A stretch of 60,213 nt of DNA, counting the filler. It is 6 parts of 6 records of this genome, joined end to end, with 100 filler letters (N's around TTAATTAATTAA, not from the genome) between each part and the next. Parts side by side here need not be neighbours in the genome. Positions count along the whole stretch, not along the records: positions 49,917 to 60,213 come from SRR31147125_18381; 5 more parts are not named here. One strand, written 5' to 3'. This document shows, in pieces, positions 50,177 through 60,213 of this stretch. The notes under the pieces are model-generated. The model was given only the letters and a program-made list of their open reading frames with translations, did no database searches and was not told where the DNA came from. Within the stretch, counting starts at the first letter, position 1. Each line of letters begins with the position of its first letter. The position numbers were made by a program, and so were the translations under genes.

Positions 50177-52917
50177 ATGGAAAAGTATTCTTTTCTTCAT
50201 AATGCTCACCCGGACTATATTGAAAAGCTTTATAGAGAATATAAAAAAATCCTACGGCAATCGAGGATAGCTGGCGACTATTCTTTGATGGCTTTGAATT
50301 TTCACAAAATAGCAAAATACAGGAAACTCAGACCCCGGAATCTGCCAAAAAAGAGATAGCAGTGTTGAACATGATCAACGCGTATCGTACCCGCGGTCAT
50401 CTTTTTACCAAAACCAATCCTGTCCGCTCCCGCCGACAATACAAACCAACTCTTGATATTGAAAATTTTGGCCTGAACTCAGACGATCTGCAAACGGTAT
50501 TTCAGGCTGGTAATGAAATTGGTATCGGACCGGCAACATTAAGGGATATCCTTGATCACCTGATCGAAACGTATTGTAAATCGATCGGTGCCGAATATAT
50601 GTTCATCCGGCTTCCTGATAAGCTGTTATGGCTACAACACAAAATGGAATCGTCACGAAACCGAGCCTCTTTTTCACCGGAACAGAAAAAACAAATTCTC
50701 CATAAACTGAATCAGGCTGTCGTATTTGAAGCCTTTTTGCATGCAAAGTATGTTGGCCAAAAGCGCTTTTCTTTACAGGGTGGCGAAACCCTGATCCCGG
50801 TTTTGGATGCCATTATTGAAAAAGGAGCTGACCTGGGAATTGAAGAATTTATGATCGGCATGCCGCATCGGGGCAGATTAAATGTGTTGGCAAATATACT
50901 GAATAAAGAATTCGAGGAAATCTTTTCTGAATTTGAAGGTGAAGGTCATGCTGATGCCATTTTTGCTGCTGATGTGAAATATCATTTAGGGTACAGCAGC
51001 ATCGTCAACACCCGCGCAGGTAAGGAAGTTAAATTAGGATTAGCGCCAAACCCATCTCATCTTGAGGCTGTGGATCCGGTTGTTCAGGGTATGGTAAAGG
51101 CAAAAATTAATAGCCGGTATAATAATGATGAGAATAAAATTGCACCTATATTAATACATGGAGATGCTGCTATTGCCGGCCAGGGTGTGGTTTACGAAAT
51201 CATTCAGATGTCTCTGCTTAAGGGTTATCGAACCGGAGGAACCATACATCTGGTGGTTAATAATCAATTGGGCTTCACAACCGGCTATCTTGAAGGACGT
51301 TCAAGTACTTATTGCACAGATGTTGCAAAAGTGACGCATTCACCCGTCTTTCATGTTAACGCAGATGATGCTGAAGCTGTTGTTCTGGCTGTTGAAATGG
51401 CAGTGGAATACAGGCAGACTTTTCACACGGAGGTGATCATTGACCTGTTGGGATATAGAAAATATGGACATAATGAAGGGGATGAACCACGATTTACGCA
51501 GCCAAAGCTCTATAAAGTCATAGAAAAACATCCTGATCCACGAAAAATATACCGTGATAAACTACTGGCAAGCGACAACATAGATCAAAATATGGCAGCA
51601 GACATGGAAAAGAAATTCAGGAAAATGCTGCAGGAAGATCTGACCCTTGCCAAATCAAAAGAATTCGGAGGACCATCCACAACCTATCTGGATTATTGTG
51701 ATTTAGGTAAACGTAAAATCAAAGAACGATTTGATGCACTTCCAGTTACACGGGTTGAAGAAAACAAGCTATTGGAAATTGGTCGAAAAATATGGGATAT
51801 ATCAACAGAATATCATGTTTTTGATAAAATCAAAAATCTCTACAAAGAGCGCCTTGATAAATTGAATAATGGAAAAGCACTGGATTGGGCCATTGGGGAA
51901 ATGCTGGCTTATGGAACCTTGTTAGCAGAAGGTACGCCGGTACGACTGAGTGGCCAGGACACAGAGCGAGGTACCTTTTCCCACAGACATGCCATTATTC
52001 ACGATGAAGAAACAGAAGAGGAATACGTTCCCCTGAACAATATCAATCAGTCACAGGCAACGTTTCAGATACACAATTCTATACTTTCCGAATATGCTGT
52101 TCTCGGCTTTGAATATGGGTATGCCTGTGCCAATCCCTATGGTCTGACCATATGGGAAGCACAATTCGGTGATTTCGCCAATGGCGCGCAAATTATCATT
52201 GATCAATTCATCACAAGTTCGGAAGCAAAATGGAACCGTAGTAATGGCATTGTTTTGTTTTTGCCTCATGGCTATGAAGGACAAGGTCCGGAACACTCGT
52301 CCGCACGAATCGAACGATTCCTTGAGCTTTGTGCTAACGATAACATTCAGATTGTAAACTGCACAACTCCGGCAAATTTATTTCACGTACTACGAGGCCA
52401 TGTCAAATATCCATATCGAATTCCTCTTGTTATTTTCACACCAAAAAGTTTATTAAGACATCCTTTATGCGCGAGTGATCTGGATGCATTTACAAAGGTA
52501 GGCTTCAAGCGTGTTTTTGATGACGCTCAGGCAGATCCTCAAAAAGTAGAGAAATTATTATTCTGTTCAGGTAAACTCTATTATGAATTACTGCAAAAAC
52601 AACAACAGGAAAAACGCCGTGATATTGCTATTATCCGCGTGGAACAATTATACCCGATCCCGGAGTTGGAAATATTAAAGATAAAGAAAAAATATGCATC
52701 TGCTACAGACTATATATGGATTCAGGAAGAACCGGAAAACAGTGGTGCCTGGCCTTTTGTTCATAGAAAATACACATTTCTTGATTTTAAGGTCATTGCC
52801 AGGGAAGAAAGTGCTTCACCGGCAACAGGACATTACAAGTATCATATGTGGGAACAGCAGCAAATAATTGACAGTGCCTTTAGCGAGCTGAAAAAAACAG
52901 AAAAAATGATTCATTAA
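50177..52917 (+). CDS. sucA: 2-oxoglutarate dehydrogenase E1, frameshifted in an A-run near 50245
   Basis: N-terminal YIEKLY segment, then AYRTRGH, KRFSL, GMPHRGRLN, HGDAA, RGTFSHRH, WEAQFGDF and HGYEGQGPEHSS. Confidence 0.95.
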
Positions 52918-52953
52918 AAAGGATACAAAATTCGAAACTTGAGGAATGGATCT

Positions 52954-54204
52954 ATGAAATCAAAGATTAAAGTTCCTATGATTGGTGAATCGATCACAGA
53001 GGTGACCGTTGGAAACTGGCTAAAACAAAACGGCGACATTGTGGATGAAGATCAGGTAATTTGTGAGATTGAATCCGAAAAAGCAACGGTAGAGGTCACT
53101 GCAGAATTTAAAGGCAAGCTAACCATTCTGGTTAAAACCGGTGAAACAGTAGCCATTGGGGCAGATATTGCTGAAATTGATACAGATGCCGTGGAAGAAG
53201 TAACAGCTCTGCCGATTGAAAAACCTGATAATAAAAAAACAGCGACAAAAAACCAAACACACGACGTTGATCTTGATAATCATGAAATAAAAACATCTCC
53301 GGTAGCAGCAAAAATACTCAAAGATGCCGGATTAACGGCAGAAAGCGTTAAAGGCAGCGGACCGGGTGGTAAGATAATAAAAGAGGATGCCCTGAAAGCG
53401 GCCAGCATAACCAAAGAAGCAAAACAGATCGAAGAAAAGCCAGCACAGATACTAACGACAGACACAAAAATTGAACCTGATGAACTGTCCCAGGTGTTTA
53501 GCGATAGAAAAAGCCGTCGGGAGCATATGACAACACTCCGAAAAACCATATCTAAAAGACTTCTTGAGGCGAAACAGGGAACAGCCATGCTCACGACGAT
53601 AAATGAAATTGACATGTCGGAGATTAAAAATATTCGGGCAAAATACAAAGAATCCTTTAAAGAAAAATATGGTATCAATCTGGGATTTATGTCTTTTTTC
53701 ACCAAAGCATGCACACAAGCTTTACAGGAATTTCCAGTTATAAACAGCATGATTGATGGTGATGATATTATTTATAATGATTATTGTGATATATCTATAG
53801 CTATTGCAACGGATCGCGGTTTGGTTGTTCCGGTTATTCGTAACGCAGAAAAAAAGAATTTGTTCGAAATAGAACATCACATTGCACAATTGGCAGATAA
53901 AGCACGTACTAATAAATTGACGATTGAAGAAATGACAGGGGGAACCTTTTCAATTACCAATGGGGGTGTTTTTGGCTCCTTAATTTCAACACCCATTATC
54001 AACACACCGCAATCTGCCATTCTGGGTATGCATACGATACAGGATCGCCCGGTCGCTCGTGACGGCCAGATTGTGATAAGACCAATGATGTATATTTCCC
54101 TTTCCTACGATCATCGTATCATTGACGGACGTGAATCTGTATTTTTTCTTGTTCGTCTTAAGGAAATACTTGAGGATCCGGTAAGATTGTTGCTTCAAGT
54201 TTAA
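52954..54204 (+). CDS. sucB: Dihydrolipoyl succinyltransferase E2
   Basis: Lipoyl motif IESEKA, E3-binding [14 protein letters not shown] and YDHRIIDG. Confidence 0.95.
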   Translation: MKSKIKVPMIGESITEVTVGNWLKQNGDIVDEDQVICEIESEKATVEVTAEFKGKLTILVKTGETVAIGADIAEIDTDAVEEVTALPIEKPDNKKTATKNQTHDVDLDNHEIKTSPVAAKILKDAGLTAESVKGSGPGGKIIKEDALKAASITKEAKQIEEKPAQILTTDTKIEPDELSQVFSDRKSRREHMTTLRKTISKRLLEAKQGTAMLTTINEIDMSEIKNIRAKYKESFKEKYGINLGFMSFFTKACTQALQEFPVINSMIDGDDIIYNDYCDISIAIATDRGLVVPVIRNAEKKNLFEIEHHIAQLADKARTNKLTIEEMTGGTFSITNGGVFGSLISTPIINTPQSAILGMHTIQDRPVARDGQIVIRPMMYISLSYDHRIIDGRESVFFLVRLKEILEDPVRLLLQV

Positions 54205-54313
54205 CTTTATATGATACAGGTATCGTGCTAATTTCCATTTGTTTTCATATGTCATTTTATAGATTAACTTTAGATCTGCGATATTTCATTCACTTTACAG
54301 ACTTGAGAATAAT

Positions 54314-55593
54314 ATGGCACATCACACACTTAAATCCAGTTATACGAGTCTTGCCGAACGTTTAAATCGGTTTCCCAGGGTGCTCCACCATCGGAATTGC
54401 TTTTCAAAATACTCAAGATGCTGTTTAGCGAAAAAGAAGCGGCTCTGGTCGCCCGGTTGCCCATCAAGCCGTTTACAGCTTTGAAAGCAAGTCAGGTTTG
54501 GAAAATGAACCTGGTTGAGTCACAAAATATTTTGGAAGAATTGGCTAACCGTGCTCTATTAGTGGATGTAGAGCAAAATGGTCAGGCAGTTTACGTCCTC
54601 CCTCCTCCTATGGCCGGCTTTTTCGAATTCGCCATGATGCGTGTGCGTGGAGACCTGGATCAGCGGATTTTAAGCGAGCTCTTTCACCAATATCTGAATG
54701 TGGAAGAAGATTTTATAAAAAGCCTTTTTACTGAAGGGGAAACGCGACTTGGCCGTGTGTTCGTTCAGGAGCCGGTCCTGTCAAATGATAATGCGCTACA
54801 TGTACTGGATTATGAACGTGCAGGCCATGTAATAAAAACATCTTCTCATATAGGAATCGGGATCTGTTATTGCCGCCATAAAATGGAACACATGGGACAA
54901 TCATGTGACGCACCCATGGAAATCTGTATGACATTTAATACCACAGCAGCATCTTTAATCAAACATAATTTTGCCCGTCAGGTGGAAGTTCAGGAGGCTT
55001 TGGCATTATTACAATCTGCCTATGATTTTAACCTGGTACAATTTGGTGAAAATGTCAGAAATGAAGTCAACTTTATCTGTAATTGTTGCGGATGTTGTTG
55101 TGAAGCGATGCTTGCCGCAAAAAAATTCAGTACATTACAGCCAATTCATACAACAAATTTTTTGCCTGACATCAACAAAAACAGCTGTAATGGCTGTGGG
55201 AAGTGCATTGAGGCATGTCCGGTAGAAGCCATGACGTTGGTGTCTAGCAATGACCCTCATCGTTCCAAACGAAAAATAGCAAAAGTACATGAAGAAATAT
55301 GCCTGGGATGCGGTGTATGTGCCCGAGTCTGCCCAACAACAAGTATATCTTTAAAATCACGCTCTCAACGCGTCATTACACCGTTAAATTCGACACATCG
55401 GGTCGTTGTCATGGCCATTGAGCGTGGAAAATTACAAAACCTGATTTTTGACAATCATGTATTACAAAGCCACCGTGCCCTGGCAGCAGTCCTGGGTGTT
55501 TTGCTCAAATTGCCACTTGTAAAGCAAGTCATGGCCAGTGAGCAGATAAAATCACGCTATTTTGAAACATTAATAACGAAAATGAATCATTAA
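54314..55593 (+). CDS. 4Fe-4S dicluster protein (homologue of 48293-49573), frameshifted near 54375
   Basis: Starts MAHHTLKS like the copy in contig E and has the same Cys motifs. Confidence 0.88.
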
Positions 55594-55624
55594 ATAATCA
55601 CTATTTTAAAAAGGAAACAGATCC

Positions 55625-55930
55625 ATGATCAAACATATCGTCATGTGGAGACTTGTCGATTTTGCAGAGGGAAAATCCAAAGCTGAGAACGCATTGGAGC
55701 TTAAAAAGAAACTGGAAGACCTTGTATCAAAGATTAAAGAAATAGAGAATCTGGAGGTAGGAATCGATTTTAGCGGATCAGCAGCTGCCTATGATATTGT
55801 CCTTTATTCCGAATTCCGGAATAAAGAAAATCTAAAAATATACCAGGATCATCCGGATCATGTACTGGTGAAAGAATTTGTGGGAAAAATCAGTAAAGAA
55901 CGTGCTGTTGTGGATTACGAACTGGGATAA
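55625..55930 (+). CDS. Dabb family stress-responsive alpha/beta barrel protein
   Basis: MIKHIVMW...YQDHPDH...VDYE. Confidence 0.9.
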   Translation: MIKHIVMWRLVDFAEGKSKAENALELKKKLEDLVSKIKEIENLEVGIDFSGSAAAYDIVLYSEFRNKENLKIYQDHPDHVLVKEFVGKISKERAVVDYELG

Positions 55931-55978
55931 TGTATTCCTTTTAATATTTTCTCCAAAGTGCAAAACAGACAAGATATT

Positions 55979-56011
55979 AAAAAAGGTCGATCATTTGATC
56001 GACCTTTTTTT
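55979..56011. terminator. Bidirectional intrinsic terminator
   Basis: AAAAAAGGTCGATCA-TT-TGATCGACCTTTTTT between convergent genes. Confidence 0.85.
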
Positions 56012-56903
56012 AGCCGGCAAGTATTCTTTTCACTCTTGTAATCGTATCATCCACCTGCTCTTTGCTTTCAAACCCGATAGTCATGGCATCCACATTACGA
56101 CTATTCCAGACATATTGCAGTGAAGATTCCCTCTGTTTCTCTTCAACCAGGTCTCCACAACCAAATATTTTCATTCCGAGCACACCCTTGCCATTATCAT
56201 GTATTTTTTTCAAAACAGGCATAACTTTTTCGGGTTTATCATCCATACGGTTACCGATATTGTTTATGCGTCCTAAAACAACCTCGACCCAATCCGATTC
56301 GGCTGCTGCTTTAAGAGCATCCAGGCTATGACAGGAAACACCATGGGTACGAATGAGTCCTTTTTCTTTTGCCCGGGATAATACATCCCTAATTTCACTG
56401 GTCTGTTCCACCCAATTCGGATCTGTTTGACAATGTATTAAAAGGATATCAATAACATCCACGCCAATTTCTTTCTTAAATCTTTCCAAAGCGACATCCG
56501 TTGCCTGGATATTCATCCACTCATTTGGCTTGATCCACATTTTGGACATAATGACGACTTTTTCTCTAGGTAATTGTTTTAAAGCCTCTTTCAGATATTC
56601 ATGTGATCCATAGATATCAGCTACATCGAAAAAGGTGATACCATTATCAAAAACATGTTGCGCCAGGGAAACAAAATTCTTTTTACCCAATTTCGTTTGA
56701 TTGGATACGTGCTTCCACCCGCGTGTTCCGGTACCAAATGCCAGTCTGGATACCTCAACGCCTGAAGAACCAAGGTTTACAGGGCCGGGAAAACTCCTTT
56801 TAGAACCGGTTTCCCCACCTCTTGCCAGGGAAACATGTAGAGCCAATCCCGCCGATCCAGCGACCGAATTTTTAAGAAATTGTCGGCGATTGATATTTTT
56901 CAT
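56010..56903 (-). CDS. Tat-exported aldo/keto reductase
   Basis: Twin-Arg signal NRRQFLK, then FGTG, FDVADIYG, GVSCH and GMKIFG. Confidence 0.88.
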   Translation of the reverse strand: MKNINRRQFLKNSVAGSAGLALHVSLARGGETGSKRSFPGPVNLGSSGVEVSRLAFGTGTRGWKHVSNQTKLGKKNFVSLAQHVFDNGITFFDVADIYGSHEYLKEALKQLPREKVVIMSKMWIKPNEWMNIQATDVALERFKKEIGVDVIDILLIHCQTDPNWVEQTSEIRDVLSRAKEKGLIRTHGVSCHSLDALKAAAESDWVEVVLGRINNIGNRMDDKPEKVMPVLKKIHDNGKGVLGMKIFGCGDLVEEKQRESSLQYVWNSRNVDAMTIGFESKEQVDDTITRVKRILAG

Positions 56904-57113
56904 AATTACCTCATAAGCATATCGTCCAGGGTTCACTCACTATTTCAAAATAACCACTTGATAGTATAGTAATAAAAATCATCAAGTCAAATAAATTATT
57001 AATTCCTGGTGCCAATTAATTCCATATCTGCTATTTACCTTTACTAATAAAAAAAGCCGAACAGATTGCGTATATGAAATGAAAATTTCACCCGTTCGGC
57101 TTTATCTTGTTTT

Positions 57114-58014
57114 CTATTTTTTCCAGGGTGGTATCTCGGGTAAAAGTTTTTCATAATCCTGGATCAATTTGGCTTCATAGTTTGCGGTATATTCATCGCT
57201 TGAAAATTTATCAGCTGCCTCATTATAGAAAAACTCCCAGGATTCTTCCTCATGTCCGGGTTTGATGGGATAAAAGAGAGCACCATTGGCTTTTGCAGCG
57301 TTCATATCCCCTGACGCATCTCCAATCATCAATACTTTATTCTTGTCGTATTTTCCGTCCGAGACAAAATGAATAATCTCCTTTTTAAGCCCCATCTCCT
57401 GTCCGGCTATAAGACGGGTATATTGAGCAAGTCCATGCTCTTCCCATTCCCTGACAAGAGCTTCATTCGAGGTGACAGAACAGACAATGATATCAGCAGA
57501 TTTCGATATTTTTTGCAGACTTTTACCTACAAACGGAAAAGGTGGTACACTGTATACAATATCTTTTACCGTGTCATTAACAGCTCTGGACCATTGCAAA
57601 GCCTGAATCAGGACTGGATCCTTTGTCTTTTCAATCTCTGCTTTCAGGGTTGGATGTCCCAATCTTGACTCACGTTTTATCCAGTTGCGCAATTCTTCTG
57701 CCTCTGGAATATCCACCTGACGCTTTAATACATCCGGCCATTCCTTTAACAGATCAAAAGTTTTAATCAAACCAGGAAATCGGTTAATTCCACGCCATTT
57801 CGAATAAAGGCTAACAAACTCATAAGCTGAACGCGCATATTTTGATATGGGCTGTAACTTCCAGTGTTTTATCATATTCGGAATAAAACACTTTAATTTT
57901 AATTTCCATGGTGTCGAAAGCAGATCCATCTGAATCAATGGCAATCAAATATTCTTTTTTCGGCGACAAATGTCTCATTTCAGTCCGGGGATCAGACATA
58001 GGGCTTGACCTCAT
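57114..58014 (-). CDS. HAD family hydrolase, frameshifted near 57895
   Basis: Motif I (IDSDGSAFDTME) is in one frame and the remainder (RGINRF, AGQEMG, MIGDASGD) is in another. Confidence 0.85.
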
Positions 58015-58167
58015 ACTTTAACGAAAATGTATCATTTATAAGATAAATTGATAAATCGATATTATATGCTGGTTAGTTTCATGGCATATATAAACAGAAA
58101 TCGCAGCAAATAATCTATTGTATTCACTGCGATCACTGGTAAAAAGTTCTATTTCCAAAAATTAACT

Positions 58168-59430
58168 TTAATGAAACGGATCTTTACTGAGCCGATAGAG
58201 CATTTCTCCAGCTTTCGGTACGTAAAGAATACCCTCGTCTTCTCTGTTCTCCCATTCTTCAACACGAATGGATTCCGGATCCCGATAGCCCATGTTTATC
58301 CGTTCACACACATCTTTTGGGATCTGCGTGGCCAAAATGACATTTACTCTGGGTTTTTCGACACCGTCAATAAAAGTGCCAACACCTCTCACGTGAGTTG
58401 AATGAGCCATAACACCACGCGGGATGTCATCGAATTTTTCCATCTGATTGACAAAGTAATCACGAACATGGTAGCCAATTTTTTCAATAATATGACCGTG
58501 GGTCACAGAAATTTCTTTAATATGTGGTGCATAAATGATGAGCTCTCCACCATCTGCCACAACCGGTTCCATTTTGTACATACACTTGCCACCTGTCCAC
58601 AGATCATCGTACATCAATGGAGCTCGTGAAAGTACTTTTTTAAATGGCTTGTCTTTATATACAATATGCAATTTATCAGAGAGATCTGAAGCAGCTGACC
58701 ATGCCTCTTCAGGTGTACCGATATAAAGTCCGGCAAGGTCATGTCCTTTCACAACCAGACTTGCACACAATCGTTGCATTGGTAAAAATGTCGCAGCCCT
58801 GTCGACAACTTTACGAACAGGTGTATATTTTGTACCAATAATAAACGGATTTGTGATAAGTGCTCCCAGCCAATGGAACATATCGATAATTTCCTGCCCG
58901 GCTATTCCGGGAAAGAGATATTTATTCCCACCTGAGAATCCAACAACCTCATGAGGAAAGGTCGGACCGATGATTAGAAGCGTGTCATAATCGAAAACCA
59001 TTTTGTTTATGGTGATATCCACTTTTTGATGCAAAAGTCCATTAGATATCTCTGCAACCTCATCTTCCGGGATCGTACCTACACATTTTAGCTGGTTTGG
59101 ATCCTTCCAGTGATGGTTAAAAAAACGAGCCCTGGGATAAGTTGATACCCTCTCCTCCTGTGTTATACCGACGCGTTCATTAATGGCGTCATCACTCATT
59201 GGCGGATGCGTTCCCAAAGCAATGATAAAATCTAAATTTTTTACCCGGTCAGCAAGCAACTTGTACACGACTCTGAACATGACATCAATTGGTGCTGATC
59301 GTGTATGATCAGGTAGAATCGCTAAAACGCGTTTCCCGGTCAGGTCATTTTTTTCAAACGCTTCAGCACAGAGTTCATATACATCTGCTTCATTAAGTAA
59401 TTTATCCGTAAATCCTTTTCCAGTAACCAT
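58168..59430 (-). CDS. Lactate-racemase (LarA) domain protein
   Basis: PDHTR, IALGTH and PHEVVGFSGGNKY motifs. Confidence 0.85.
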   Translation of the reverse strand: MVTGKGFTDKLLNEADVYELCAEAFEKNDLTGKRVLAILPDHTRSAPIDVMFRVVYKLLADRVKNLDFIIALGTHPPMSDDAINERVGITQEERVSTYPRARFFNHHWKDPNQLKCVGTIPEDEVAEISNGLLHQKVDITINKMVFDYDTLLIIGPTFPHEVVGFSGGNKYLFPGIAGQEIIDMFHWLGALITNPFIIGTKYTPVRKVVDRAATFLPMQRLCASLVVKGHDLAGLYIGTPEEAWSAASDLSDKLHIVYKDKPFKKVLSRAPLMYDDLWTGGKCMYKMEPVVADGGELIIYAPHIKEISVTHGHIIEKIGYHVRDYFVNQMEKFDDIPRGVMAHSTHVRGVGTFIDGVEKPRVNVILATQIPKDVCERINMGYRDPESIRVEEWENREDEGILYVPKAGEMLYRLSKDPFH

Positions 59431-59571
59431 TTCTTTCTCTATTCATTATTTCAATATTATAAGGCTGTAATAAACAGCCGGCTCAGAATTATAAAACGCA
59501 TTTTATTAAGAAAAGTTCATTCAATAAACTAACGATCAAACCATTGAGGATTGAATGGAAGAATTGTCAAG

Positions 59572-60213
59572 TTAGAGATTTGCCAGCCAACCACCATCAA
59601 CGTAAATTGTCTGTCCAGTCATATAATCAGACGCGTTTGAAGCAAGAAATACGGCGGCACCACATAGTTCGTCCGGAATCCCCCATCGCTCCATTGGCGT
59701 ACTTTGTTTCACCCATTGACTGAACTGTTCATCCTCAACAAGCGGTCGCGTCAGCTCCGTATCATAATAGCCAGGTCCTATGGCATTGACATTAATTTTG
59801 TGTTGTGCCCATTCCACAGCCAGGGCCATGGTCAGAAGCTTAATGCCTGCTTTACTGGCAGTATATGCTGGAATTGATGGTCTTGCGGCCTCACTTGTCA
59901 GGGAGGCAATATTTACTATTTTACCGGATCTGCCCTCTTTTATACAAGCTTTCGCAAAACATTGACTCAGGACAAAAGGAGCCGTCAAATTAACATCCAT
60001 CACCCTGTACCACTCAGAAAGAGGGAAATCAACTGCTGTGGTTCGATAATTTGTCCCGGCCACATTGGCTAGTATATCAATTGGTTTGATGGTATCCTGA
60101 ATCTTTTCAAACAGTTTTTGTAAGCCCTGAATATTAGAAAAATCATGTGAAAAAATCCAGGCATTTCGATTTAGAGAACGGATATGTTCGGCAACTTTTT
60201 CAAGAGCCTGGTC
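59572..60213 (-). CDS. SDR similar to gluconate 5-dehydrogenase/KduD, 5'-truncated
   Basis: GKIVNIASL, YTASK, NVNAIGPGY and YVDGGWLA motifs. The frame is open to the window end. Confidence 0.85.
   Translation of the reverse strand, partial: DQALEKVAEHIRSLNRNAWIFSHDFSNIQGLQKLFEKIQDTIKPIDILANVAGTNYRTTAVDFPLSEWYRVMDVNLTAPFVLSQCFAKACIKEGRSGKIVNIASLTSEAARPSIPAYTASKAGIKLLTMALAVEWAQHKINVNAIGPGYYDTELTRPLVEDEQFSQWVKQSTPMERWGIPDELCGAAVFLASNASDYMTGQTIYVDGGWLANL

Noticed and set aside
50240-50250. Programmed frameshift or phase variation in sucA
   Set aside because: It is one of many homopolymer indels in the window, so sequencing error is the simpler explanation.

Overview
The window is not one genome region. 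It is six unrelated contigs joined by artificial 100-nt linkers (N44-TTAATTAATTAA-N44) at 7244, 13724, 20063, 36324 and 49817. Taxonomic labels below are impressions from gene content and composition. (A, 1-7243) Bacteroidetes-like sialic-acid locus: sialidase, NanA-type lyase, Kelch/mutarotase-SSS transporter fusion and a LacI regulator. (B, 7344-13723) Clostridia-like: Gly-rich repeat exoprotein divergent from a LytS/LytTR two-component system, then metE with a MET-box. (C, 13824-20062) Housekeeping: sigma-54 activator, lptE, acidic TPR protein, hydrolase, LOG and quinone oxidoreductase. (D, 20163-36323) Accessory island with four MDR oxidoreductase paralogues and an integrase-less attC cassette cluster. 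One attC is interrupted by a complete group IIC intron at TTGT/TA, and another abuts an intron-like relic. (E, 36424-49816) Desulfuromonadales-like contig with three in-frame UGA codons at Cys positions, each followed by a GUU-loop SECIS-like hairpin: Sec-MsrA, a CxU rhodanese, and a MEDS sensory protein (TAC-U-QYD) whose true stop overlaps the start of a multi-PAS hybrid histidine kinase. This candidate selenocysteine-dependent signalling module is the top finding. (F, 49917-60213) sucAB, an Fe-S protein, a Tat aldo/keto reductase and an SDR-LarA-like-HAD cluster. Short-indel frameshifts, including one in sucA, are frequent and are most likely sequencing errors.
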